Below are positions 36,437 through 44,889 of a stretch of DNA of 64,000 bases, in pieces. How positions within the stretch are numbered: position 1 is the stretch's first letter; every line of letters starts with the position of its first letter. Below the pieces are notes generated by a model. That model was not told the origin of the DNA. It worked only from the letters and a program-made list of their open reading frames with translations, and ran no database searches. This DNA comes from Patescibacteria group bacterium (lineage in GTDB: Bacteria; Patescibacteriota; Patescibacteriia; UBA9934; GWF2-40-263), in NCBI GenBank assembly GCA_004297215.1, contig SCUM01000001.1, positions 545,181 through 609,180 on the forward strand. The letters run 5' to 3'. A program made the position numbers and the translations under genes.

Positions 36437-38290
36437 ATGGTTGACAAACAACCGAACCAGCAGCAACCCCGCCGCGATGGCGGACGCCGAGACCAGTCCC
36501 GCGGCCCGCACCAGCAAGGCGGAGGCCGATTCGACCGCTTCCGCGGGCGCGTGTTCACGCGCGACAACGTGAACGCCGGGGGCAGCGCCCCTTCTTCCGC
36601 GCCCTCCGGCGCGGGGAGGCCCCTTCCCCCGGGCAGCCCGAAGCTGCGCGTCGCCGTGCTCGGCGGCTGCGAGGAGGTGGGCCGCAACTGCACCATGCTC
36701 GAGTACGGCAACGACATCATCATCGTGGACCTCGGGCTGCAATTCCCCAACGAGGACATGCCGGGGGTCGATTACATCATCCCGAACATGACCGGCCTCA
36801 AGGGGAAGGAGAAGAACGTCCGCGGGGTCATCATCACCCACGGCCACTACGACCACATCGGGGCGATCCCGCACGTGGTCCCCAAGATCGGCAACCCGCC
36901 CATCTACGCGCTCCCCATGTCGGCCGGGATCATCAAGCGCCGCCAGGAGGACTTCGACACCCCGCCGCTCAACGTGAAGGTGACGAAGATCGACGACGTG
37001 CTGCAGCTGGGCGTCTTCCGCGTGTCGTTCTTCCACATCAACCACAACATCCCGGACTCCGCCGGCATCGTGATCGACACCCCGGCGGGCACCATCTGCC
37101 ACACGGGCGACTGGAAGTTCGACTTCCACCCGGCCGGCACCCAGCATGCCGATTTCCAGCGCATCGCCGAGATCGGCAAGAAAGGCGTGCTCATGCTCAT
37201 GGGCGACTCCACCTGCGCCGGCATCCCGGGCCACCAGAAGTCCGAGCGCGTGATCGGCGACGAGATCGAACGCATCATCGAGAAGGCGCCGGGGCGCGTG
37301 ATCGTGGGCACCTTCGCCTCCCTGCTCTCGCGCGTGAAGCAGATCCTCGAGAGCGCCGAGAAGCACGGCAAGAAGGTGGCGCTCGACGGATTCTCCATGA
37401 AGACCAACGTGGAGATCGCCAAGGAGCTCGGGTTCATCAAGATCAACCTGAAGACGCTCATCCCCATCGACCAGATCGACAAGTACCCGCAGGAGAAGAT
37501 CGTGGTGGTGTGCACGGGCGCCCAAGGCGAGAAGAACGCGGCGCTCAACCGCATCGCTTCCGACGAGCACCGCAGCGTGCGCATCATCAAGGGGGACACG
37601 GTGATCTTCTCAAGCTCGGTCATCCCGGGCAACGAGGAGAGCGTGCAGCGCCTCAAGGACATCTTCTATCGCAAGCGCGCCAAGGTGATCCACAAGGACA
37701 TCATGGACGTGCACGCCGGCGGCCACGCCATGCAGGAGGACATCAAGCTCATGCTCGCCCTGTTCAAGCCCAAATACTACTGCCCCATCGAGGGCAACCA
37801 CTTCCTCCTGCGCGAGAACGCCGAGGTGGCCTACTCCATGGGATGGAAGGAGGAGAACGTGTTCGTGGTGGACAACGGCCAGGTCATGGAGTTCTCCCCC
37901 GGCCACGGCACGCTTACCAACGAGAAGCTCCCCACCGACTACGTGTTCGTGGACGGGCTGGGCGTGGGCGACGTCTCCCAGGTGGTGCTGCGCGACCGCC
38001 AGGCGCTCGCCGAGGACGGCATGGTGATCGTGGTCGTGAAGATCGACAAGAAGAGCGGCATGCTCGTCGGCGCGCCGGACATCACCAGCCGCGGGTTCAT
38101 CTTCATGAAGGAGCACCAGGAACTGGTGGAGGACGTGCGCAAGCAGGTCGCGAAGGTGCTTGAGAAGCGCTCCGCCTCCGAGGCCGATCCGGACGAGATC
38201 AAGCAGAAGGTGCGCGACGAGCTGGGGATGTACCTGTTCCAGCAGACGGAGCGCCGGCCGATGATCCTTCCTGTCGTGATCGAGGTGTAA
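36437..38290 (+). CDS. rnj: Ribonuclease J
   Basis: LGGCEEVGRNC, THGHYDHIG, HTGDWKFD, TGAQGE, VHAGGHA, RRPMILPVVIEV. Confidence 0.96.
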   Translation: MVDKQPNQQQPRRDGGRRDQSRGPHQQGGGRFDRFRGRVFTRDNVNAGGSAPSSAPSGAGRPLPPGSPKLRVAVLGGCEEVGRNCTMLEYGNDIIIVDLGLQFPNEDMPGVDYIIPNMTGLKGKEKNVRGVIITHGHYDHIGAIPHVVPKIGNPPIYALPMSAGIIKRRQEDFDTPPLNVKVTKIDDVLQLGVFRVSFFHINHNIPDSAGIVIDTPAGTICHTGDWKFDFHPAGTQHADFQRIAEIGKKGVLMLMGDSTCAGIPGHQKSERVIGDEIERIIEKAPGRVIVGTFASLLSRVKQILESAEKHGKKVALDGFSMKTNVEIAKELGFIKINLKTLIPIDQIDKYPQEKIVVVCTGAQGEKNAALNRIASDEHRSVRIIKGDTVIFSSSVIPGNEESVQRLKDIFYRKRAKVIHKDIMDVHAGGHAMQEDIKLMLALFKPKYYCPIEGNHFLLRENAEVAYSMGWKEENVFVVDNGQVMEFSPGHGTLTNEKLPTDYVFVDGLGVGDVSQVVLRDRQALAEDGMVIVVVKIDKKSGMLVGAPDITSRGFIFMKEHQELVEDVRKQVAKVLEKRSASEADPDEIKQKVRDELGMYLFQQTERRPMILPVVIEV

Positions 38291-38378
38291 TAGGGTGGGA
38301 AGGGTTTGAAGAGTGTCGGAGAGCCGGTCATATGACCGGCTTTTCGTTTGGCTGCTCCCCTGTTACGATGGGCCGCGT

Positions 38379-39365
38379 ATGGCAAAAGTCCTCACCGCGC
38401 TTCAACCGTCCGGGGTCCTGCACCTGGGCAACTACTTCGGGGCGATCGAACCGGCCGTAACCCTTCAAGCACAGCACGATCTGACGATGTTCATCGTCGA
38501 TTATCATGCGATCACCGTCCCGCAGAAACCCGACGAGCTGCGACGCAACATCCTGTTCGCGGCCGCCACGTATCTCGCCTGCGGGATCGATCCGGCGAAG
38601 ACGCTGCTGTTCCAACAGTCGGCGGTGCCGGCTCACGCCGAGCTCGGATGGGTGTTGAGCTGCATCGCGCGCGTGGGCGAGCTCGAGCGCATGACGCAGT
38701 TCAAGGACAAGGCGGGGGCGCGAGCCGAAAAGGTCTCCGTCGGCCTGTTCACCTACCCGGTCCTCATGGCCGCCGACATCCTGCTCTACGACACGGAGCT
38801 CGTCCCCGTGGGCGCGGACCAAAAGCAGCACGTGGAGCTCGCGCGCGACCTCGCCATCCGCTTCAACCGCGACTACGGCGAGACCTTCGTGGTGCCCGAA
38901 CCGAGCATCCGCGCCGAAGGGGCGCGCGTCATGGGGCTTGATGACCCGACGAAAAAGATGAGCAAGTCGGCCACGAGCGCCAAGAACTACATTTCCCTGC
39001 TCGACGACGAGGCGACGGTGATGAAAAAGGTGAAAGCGGCCGTCACCGACTCGGGCGCCGCGGTCCGCGCCGGCGAGGGTCGTCCGGCGATGACCAACCT
39101 GCTCACCATCTACTCGCTCGTCACGCACCGCAGCGTGAAGGAAATCGAAGGCGACTATCTCGGCAAGGGCTATGGCGACTTCAAGGCCGACCTCGCCGAG
39201 GTCATCTCCCTCTGGCTCAAGCCGCTGCAAGCCAAGATCAAGACGTACCTCGCGCATGAGGACGAGCTGGTGAAGGTCCTCAACGCGGGGGCCGAGAAGG
39301 CCGCCGAACGGGCCGAGCGGCGCATGCAAAAAGTGCGGGAGAGGATCGGGGTGTCCCTCCGTTGA
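38379..39365 (+). CDS. trpS: Tryptophan--tRNA ligase
   Basis: QPSGVLHLGNYFGA, YPVLMAADILLY, VPVGADQKQH, KMSKS. Confidence 0.97.
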   Translation: MAKVLTALQPSGVLHLGNYFGAIEPAVTLQAQHDLTMFIVDYHAITVPQKPDELRRNILFAAATYLACGIDPAKTLLFQQSAVPAHAELGWVLSCIARVGELERMTQFKDKAGARAEKVSVGLFTYPVLMAADILLYDTELVPVGADQKQHVELARDLAIRFNRDYGETFVVPEPSIRAEGARVMGLDDPTKKMSKSATSAKNYISLLDDEATVMKKVKAAVTDSGAAVRAGEGRPAMTNLLTIYSLVTHRSVKEIEGDYLGKGYGDFKADLAEVISLWLKPLQAKIKTYLAHEDELVKVLNAGAEKAAERAERRMQKVRERIGVSLR

Positions 39366-39390
39366 CGGCCCGGCCGTTTCGTGCTAATCT
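39362..39390 (+). promoter_or_regulatory. Sigma70 promoter of rnpB
   Basis: TTGACG-17 nt-TAATCT; the -35 box overlaps the trpS stop codon. Confidence 0.7.
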
Positions 39391-39396
39391 CCCGGG

Positions 39397-39830
39397 GTCC
39401 TTGGAATGCCGGACGGCTACGCCCCGACGTCATGTCGGGGTGAGGAAAGTCCGAACACCCCTTGGGCCGCAAGGTCCTTTGAAAAGGAGCGTCGCTAACG
39501 GCGACCAGGTATGTCGGTGGGGTTTAAACGCGTTGGAGAAATTCACGCGTTTGCCTCTCATCGTAAGCCTAGGGAAAGTGCCACAGAGACTATACTATCC
39601 CCCGTCGCTCCTCACGGAGCCATGGGGGAGAAAGGTGAAAAGATCGCGGAAGTCGCAAGGCTACCGCGTAGGCCCCATGGCGACATGGGCGCGTGGAAAA
39701 CCCGCTCCGGTGCAAGAGCAAGTTTGGTAGCTCGCTAGAACCTGGCGGCAACGCCAGGACCAGAGAGATGGCCGTCTCCGCCCCGCAAGGGACGACAGAC
39801 AAAATTCGGCTTACAGGCATCTCCCGGGAC
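39397..39830 (+). ncRNA. rnpB: RNase P RNA
   Basis: GAGGAAAGTCC (P4 5' side), GGAAAGTGCCACAGA, GGTGAAA, AAACCC...GCAAG, ACAAAATTCGGCTTAC (P4 3' side), ggaatgcc/ggcatctcc P1; ends approximate. Confidence 0.92.
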
Positions 39831-39833
39831 ACC

Positions 39834-39862
39834 AAAAAACCTCGCTTCACGCGGGGTTTTTT
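39834..39862 (+). terminator. Intrinsic terminator after rnpB
   Basis: aaaaaacctcgc-ttcac-gcggggtttttt. Confidence 0.8.
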
Positions 39863-39879
39863 GTTACCATGCGTGGGCT

Positions 39880-41301
39880 ATGAAGCGATCCGGACTGTTT
39901 TTTACGATCGTCCTGCTCCCGCTCGACCTGCTCGCCCTCGTGGCCGCCGCGGTGACCGCGTATTATTCGCGGTTCCTGCCGGTGTTCACCTCGGTGCGAC
40001 CGGTCGTCTTCGATCTCACCATCGAGCGCTACCTTCCCGTGGCGGCGTTCGCGGCGTTCGTGTGGCTGCTCGTGTTCGCCGCGTCAGGGTTGTATACCAC
40101 CCGACGGGTCGCGATCGCGCACGAGCTCACGCGCGTGGCGCTCGCCTGCTCCACGGGCATGGCGGCCGTGTTCGCCATCCTGTTCTTCTCCCGCACCTTC
40201 TTCGAGTCCCGCTACATCGCGGTGGCGGCCTGGCTCCTGTCCATCGCGTTCGTCTGCGCGGAGCGCCTCGCGGTGCGCCTCGTGCAGCGCAGCCTCATCC
40301 GCTGGGGCATCGGCGAGTGCCGGGTCGTGCTCATCGGGGAGAACCGCTCAAGCGCGGCGCTCGACGCCTTCTTCGCCGACCGGCACCGGTTCGGCTTCCA
40401 TGTGACCGGGCATTTCAAGAGGTTCGATGGCGGGGTGGCGGAGCGCATCCGCGAGCTCAAGCGCAAGGACAAGGTCGACGAGGTGTGGCTCACCGATCCC
40501 GAGGCGAGCCGCGAGGCGGCGCTCGACGTCCTCGGGTTCACGGAAGTGGAGCATTTAGGCTTCCGCTATACGGCCGATTTCTTCGCTTCCGCCGTCGGAA
40601 AAAGCGTGATGCACGCCTTCGCCGGCGTCCCGGTGATCGAGGTGCGCAAGACCCCGCTCGACGGCTGGGGGGCGATTTACAAGCGCGCGTTCGACATCGC
40701 GGTGTCGGGAATCCTCATCGTCCTCACCGCTCCCGTCCAGCTCGCGATCGCCGTCGCCCTGTTCCTCGAAAGCCCGGGGCGCGTGCTGTTCTCCCGCCTC
40801 CCGCACGGGGGAAAGGTCATGCGCGTCGGGCAGGGAGGAAAGTCGTTCCACTACTTCAAGTTCCGTTCCATGGTGAAGGACGCGCACACGTATCGTTTCG
40901 ATCCGGCGTTCCTCAAGCGATACGGGAACATGCGCGAAGGGTCCCCGCTGTTCAAGCTGAAGGACGACCCGCGCGTGACCCCGATCGGCCGCCTCCTTCG
41001 GAAATTCTCCCTTGACGAGCTCCCGGAGTTCTTCCTCGTGTTCCTCGGCCGCATGTCGCTCGTGGGCCCGCGCCCGCACCTGCCCGAGGAGGTGGCGCTC
41101 TATAAGCCGCATCAGCGCAAGGTGCTCACGGTGAAGCCGGGCATCACGGGGATGGCCCAAATGAGCGGCCGTGCGGACCTTGACTTTGACGAGGAAGTGC
41201 GGCTGGATATCCATTATCTTGAGCACTGGAGCCCTTGGCTCGACCTGTACCTGCTCCTCAAGACGCCGCTTGCGGTGATCTTCAAGAAAGGGGCCTACTA
41301 G
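39880..41301 (+). CDS. Polyprenyl-phosphate glycosylphosphotransferase (WcaJ/WbaP-like sugar transferase)
   Basis: N-terminal TMs, KRAFDI, KFRSM, DDPRVTPIGRLLRKFSLDELP, MSLVGPRP, KPGITGMAQ. Confidence 0.93.
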   Translation: MKRSGLFFTIVLLPLDLLALVAAAVTAYYSRFLPVFTSVRPVVFDLTIERYLPVAAFAAFVWLLVFAASGLYTTRRVAIAHELTRVALACSTGMAAVFAILFFSRTFFESRYIAVAAWLLSIAFVCAERLAVRLVQRSLIRWGIGECRVVLIGENRSSAALDAFFADRHRFGFHVTGHFKRFDGGVAERIRELKRKDKVDEVWLTDPEASREAALDVLGFTEVEHLGFRYTADFFASAVGKSVMHAFAGVPVIEVRKTPLDGWGAIYKRAFDIAVSGILIVLTAPVQLAIAVALFLESPGRVLFSRLPHGGKVMRVGQGGKSFHYFKFRSMVKDAHTYRFDPAFLKRYGNMREGSPLFKLKDDPRVTPIGRLLRKFSLDELPEFFLVFLGRMSLVGPRPHLPEEVALYKPHQRKVLTVKPGITGMAQMSGRADLDFDEEVRLDIHYLEHWSPWLDLYLLLKTPLAVIFKKGAY

Positions 41302-41367
41302 GCGTTAAGGCCTCAGGCGGACAAGGCCTTAGCAGCTGATGCCTTAACGCCTGCGGCCTTCTCGCCT
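41300..41367. repeat. Intergenic AGGC/GCCT periodic palindrome (same family as the uvrA insert)
   Basis: aggcgttaaggcctcaggcggacaaggcctt...gccttaacgcctgcggccttctcgcct. Confidence 0.8.
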
Positions 41368-41372
41368 CTCAC

Positions 41373-42488
41373 ATGAAACTCGCCATCGTCCACGACCATC
41401 TCGTCCAAGACGGGGGTGCGGAAAAGGTGCTCGAGGCCATCCAGGAGATCTGGCCCTCGGCACCCACCTACGCCCTCGTTTTCGATGCGCGCCGGTTCCC
41501 TTCCTTCGCCGGAAAGGACATCCGCACCTCGTTCATCCAGCGGCTACCCTTCGCGAAGACGAACCTGCAGTGGTACCTGCCGCTCATGCCCACGGCCACC
41601 GAAGGGTACGACCTGCGGGAATTCGACGTGGTGGTGTCGAGCTCAAGCGCGTTCTCGAAGGGGGTGATCACCCGCGACGATGCCCTGCACGTGTGTTACT
41701 GCCACACGCCCACCCGTTACCTGTGGAGCGACACGCACAGCTACGTGGCCGAGCTGCGGCAGCCACGATTCGTGAAGGCCGCCCTCCCCCCGGTGCTTTC
41801 CGCGTTGCGGATGTGGGACCGCCAGGCCGCGGACCGCGTAGACGCGTTCGTGGCAAATTCCGAGACGGTGAAGCGGCGCATCGCGAAATACTACGGCCGG
41901 ACGTCGGATGTGATCCATCCCCCGGTCGACATCCATCGCTTTGCCAATCTCCCGACTCCCGACTCCCGACTCCCGACTCCCTCCTACTTCCTCGCCGGAG
42001 GACGCCTGGTCGCCTACAAACGCTACGACCTCATCGTGGAGGCCGCGAACCGTACCGGCATCCCCGTGAAAATCTTTGGCACGGGGCCGGTGGAGCAGGC
42101 TCTGCGAGCGCGTGCCAAGGGAAACGTGGAATTCCTCGGCCGGGTGTCCCCAGAGCGGCAGGCGGAGCTCTACGCCGGAGCCAAGGCGTTCATCCACCCG
42201 CAAGAGGAGGATTTCGGCATCACGCCGGTGGAAGCCATGGCCTCCGGAATCCCCGTCATCGCCTGGCGGCGCGGAGGCGCGACGGAAACGGTCATCGAAG
42301 GGGTCACGGGCGAGCTGTTCGACGAGCAAAGCTGGGAGGAACTCGCCGACCATCTCATCCGGTTCGACGCTACGCGCTACGACGGAGCCGCCATCCGGGC
42401 GCATGCGTCCCGGTTCGGCCTGGAGCGGTTCAAGGCGGAACTGAAGACCTACGTCGAACGCGCCTGGGAGGAACGTCGACGCCGCTGA
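41373..42488 (+). CDS. Glycosyltransferase family 4
   Basis: HDHLVQDGGAEKVL, YCHTPTRYLW, EEDFGITPVEAMASG. Confidence 0.93.
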   Translation: MKLAIVHDHLVQDGGAEKVLEAIQEIWPSAPTYALVFDARRFPSFAGKDIRTSFIQRLPFAKTNLQWYLPLMPTATEGYDLREFDVVVSSSSAFSKGVITRDDALHVCYCHTPTRYLWSDTHSYVAELRQPRFVKAALPPVLSALRMWDRQAADRVDAFVANSETVKRRIAKYYGRTSDVIHPPVDIHRFANLPTPDSRLPTPSYFLAGGRLVAYKRYDLIVEAANRTGIPVKIFGTGPVEQALRARAKGNVEFLGRVSPERQAELYAGAKAFIHPQEEDFGITPVEAMASGIPVIAWRRGGATETVIEGVTGELFDEQSWEELADHLIRFDATRYDGAAIRAHASRFGLERFKAELKTYVERAWEERRRR

Positions 42489-42489
42489 T

Positions 42490-43677
42490 ATGCGCGTGCT
42501 CGTCGGGGCCCGCGACCTGTCCGTTCGTTCCCCGAGCGGGGTCGGGACGTATGCGACCGAGGTCCTGCGACGGATGTTCCCGCTCGCCCCGTCGGACCGC
42601 TTCACGCTGCTCACCACGGGCATGCACGCCCCAGACCTGACCCATGCCCTCTCCTCCGAGAGGAGAGGGGTAGCGTGCTATCTCCCCCTTGGAAAGGGGG
42701 AGCATGAGGGGGTCGTGCACGTGCACCGCCGCGTCCCCAATAAGCTCCTGAACGCGAGCGTGATCCTGACGGGACGCCCGACCATCGACCGCCTCGCCAG
42801 AGGGACGTTTGACCGACTTTTCCTCCCGAATCTCGATATCGTATCCGTCCCGAGATCCCTTCCGCATGTCCTGACCATCCACGACCTGTCCTGGCGCCTG
42901 TTCCCCGAATGGTACTCGTGGAAAATGCGCGCCTGGCATGCCGCCTGCCGGCCGGAACGGCTCATCGGAAACGCCGCGACCGTCCTCGTCCCGTCAAACG
43001 CCACGGCTGACGACCTCTCTGCCTGTTTTCCAGGCGTCGCTGGTCGCATCAAGGTCATCCCGCACGGGGTCGCGGATGCGTTTTCGCCGCACTCGGACCC
43101 GTCAGACCATGGCTGGCGCTCGAAATTGGGTGTCCCGGGTCGCTTCCTGCTGTTCGTGGGCACCCTTGAACCGCGCAAGAACGTGGTCGCCCTCGTGGAC
43201 GCGGTCGCGGCCTATCGAAAACGCGCCGGGGACGACATCGCCCTGGTGCTTGCCGGAAGGTGGGGGTGGAACGCCGGGGCGCTTCGGCGGCGCCTGTCAC
43301 GCCCCGATGCCCAGGGTTGGGTCCGCCTGCTCGGATACGTCCCGACGCAAGCGCGTCCGGCGCTTTATCGCGCAGCCGAAGCCCTCGTTTGGCCGTCGCA
43401 TTACGAAGGGTTCGGGCTCCCCGTGCTCGAAGCGATGGCGAGCGGGACGCCGGTCATCACCAGCCTGTCGTCCGGCGTGGCTGAGACGGCCGGGGATGCG
43501 GCCATCTTGGTGGATCCGCTGCTCACGGACGACCTCACCGACGCGATTGGACAACTCTTGGGTTCAAGCGCGCTTCGCGCACGATTGCGCGACGCCGGAT
43601 TACGACGCACTTCCGGATTCGGTTGGGAACAGGCAGCCCGATTAACCCTTGAGGCCATTCACGGGGGCAAGGTTTAA
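42490..43677 (+). CDS. Glycosyltransferase family 4
   Basis: SGVGTYA, TIHDL, FVGTLEPRKN, YEGFGLPVLEAMASGTPV. Confidence 0.93.
   Translation: MRVLVGARDLSVRSPSGVGTYATEVLRRMFPLAPSDRFTLLTTGMHAPDLTHALSSERRGVACYLPLGKGEHEGVVHVHRRVPNKLLNASVILTGRPTIDRLARGTFDRLFLPNLDIVSVPRSLPHVLTIHDLSWRLFPEWYSWKMRAWHAACRPERLIGNAATVLVPSNATADDLSACFPGVAGRIKVIPHGVADAFSPHSDPSDHGWRSKLGVPGRFLLFVGTLEPRKNVVALVDAVAAYRKRAGDDIALVLAGRWGWNAGALRRRLSRPDAQGWVRLLGYVPTQARPALYRAAEALVWPSHYEGFGLPVLEAMASGTPVITSLSSGVAETAGDAAILVDPLLTDDLTDAIGQLLGSSALRARLRDAGLRRTSGFGWEQAARLTLEAIHGGKV
42677..42719 (+). repeat. 43-nt palindromic repeat, in frame in a GT4 gene (same family as the valS insert)
   Basis: gctatctcccccttggaaagggggagcatgagggggtcgtgca. 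Confidence 0.85.
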
Positions 43678-43762
43678 CCTCCAAGGTTGAACCTCGCCCC
43701 CTGTGTGGATAACCATCGGCTTGACCGCCGATTTTTTGCGTGAAATTTGCTATAATCAAGGC

Positions 43763-44881
43763 ATGCGAGTGGGGATCGATGCACGCATGTTTGGGCCTCG
43801 TGTCGGAGGCGGCGGACTTGGCCGCTATGTTGAGCAACTCGTGAATCATCTGGAGGATGCCGATCGGAAAACCCAGTACGTCCTTTGGCTCCTCAACGCG
43901 AACCTCGAAGCGCCTCGCGTTTCGGAGGATCGGTTCGAGAAACGCCTCGCGGACATCCGCTGGTATACGTTACGCGAACAGCTGTTCCTCGCCCCCCGCC
44001 TGGACGCCGCGCACTGCGACCTCTTGCATTTCCCCCATTGGAACGTCCCGCTCGGGATCCGCACCCCGTTCGTCGTCACCATCCACGACCTGATCCTGCT
44101 CGACGAACCTCGCTCGGCGCGGGCGACCACGCGCGCCCCGCTCGTCTACGGAGCGAAGTACGCCGCCTACAAGGTCGTGCTTGCCCACGCGATACGCGCG
44201 AGCCGCGGGATCATCGCGGTATCCGAATACGCCAAGCGATCCATCCTGTCGCACTTTCCCGACGTGTCACCGGAGAAGATCTCGGTGGTCTACGAAGGCG
44301 TGACCGACCTACCCCCTACGCACTACCCCCTACCCCCTTCCGCTCCCTACATCCTCCACGTCGGTAACAGCTATCCGCACAAGAACCTCGAGATGCTCCT
44401 GAAGGCGTTCGTGATGGTCCATAAGGAGCATCCGGACGTGACGCTCGTGCTCGCCGGGGCGCAGGACGCCTTTTCCCGGCGCCTGGAGCGGGAGGCCGAG
44501 GCCCTCGGGATCCGCGACGCGGTCCGGTTCGTCGCGAACCCGGACGACGAGACCGTATCCGCCCTTTACCGCGACGCCCGCGCCTACGCGTTCCCTTCCC
44601 GAGCGGAGGGATTCGGCCTCCCGGGACTCGAGGCGATGAGCGCGGGGGTGCCGGTCGCCGCCGCGCAGGCCGGAAGCCTGCCGGAGGTGTACGGCGACGC
44701 GGCGCTGTACTTCCCGCCGCATGACGCCGCGGGAATGGCCGAAGCGATGGGAACGCTCCTCACGGACGAACCGATCCGACGCCAGCTGCGCGAACGCGGG
44801 CGCGAACGGGCGCGGCGCTACTCCTGGCGTCGCATGGCGGAGGAGACGCGGCGCGTGTACGAGCGGGCCATGAAGGCGTGA
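43763..44881 (+). CDS. Glycosyltransferase family 4
   Basis: MRVGIDAR, GGLGRYV, TIHDL, YPHKNL, EGFGLPGLEAM; TATAAT 6 nt before the ATG. Confidence 0.93.
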   Translation: MRVGIDARMFGPRVGGGGLGRYVEQLVNHLEDADRKTQYVLWLLNANLEAPRVSEDRFEKRLADIRWYTLREQLFLAPRLDAAHCDLLHFPHWNVPLGIRTPFVVTIHDLILLDEPRSARATTRAPLVYGAKYAAYKVVLAHAIRASRGIIAVSEYAKRSILSHFPDVSPEKISVVYEGVTDLPPTHYPLPPSAPYILHVGNSYPHKNLEMLLKAFVMVHKEHPDVTLVLAGAQDAFSRRLEREAEALGIRDAVRFVANPDDETVSALYRDARAYAFPSRAEGFGLPGLEAMSAGVPVAAAQAGSLPEVYGDAALYFPPHDAAGMAEAMGTLLTDEPIRRQLRERGRERARRYSWRRMAEETRRVYERAMKA

Positions 44882-44889
44882 AGCACCCT

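Noticed and set aside
39422-39440. ccccgacg...gtcgggg hairpin resembling the promoter-abutting repeat
   Set aside because: It occupies the P3 helix position of RNase P RNA and lacks the second hairpin; probably coincidental
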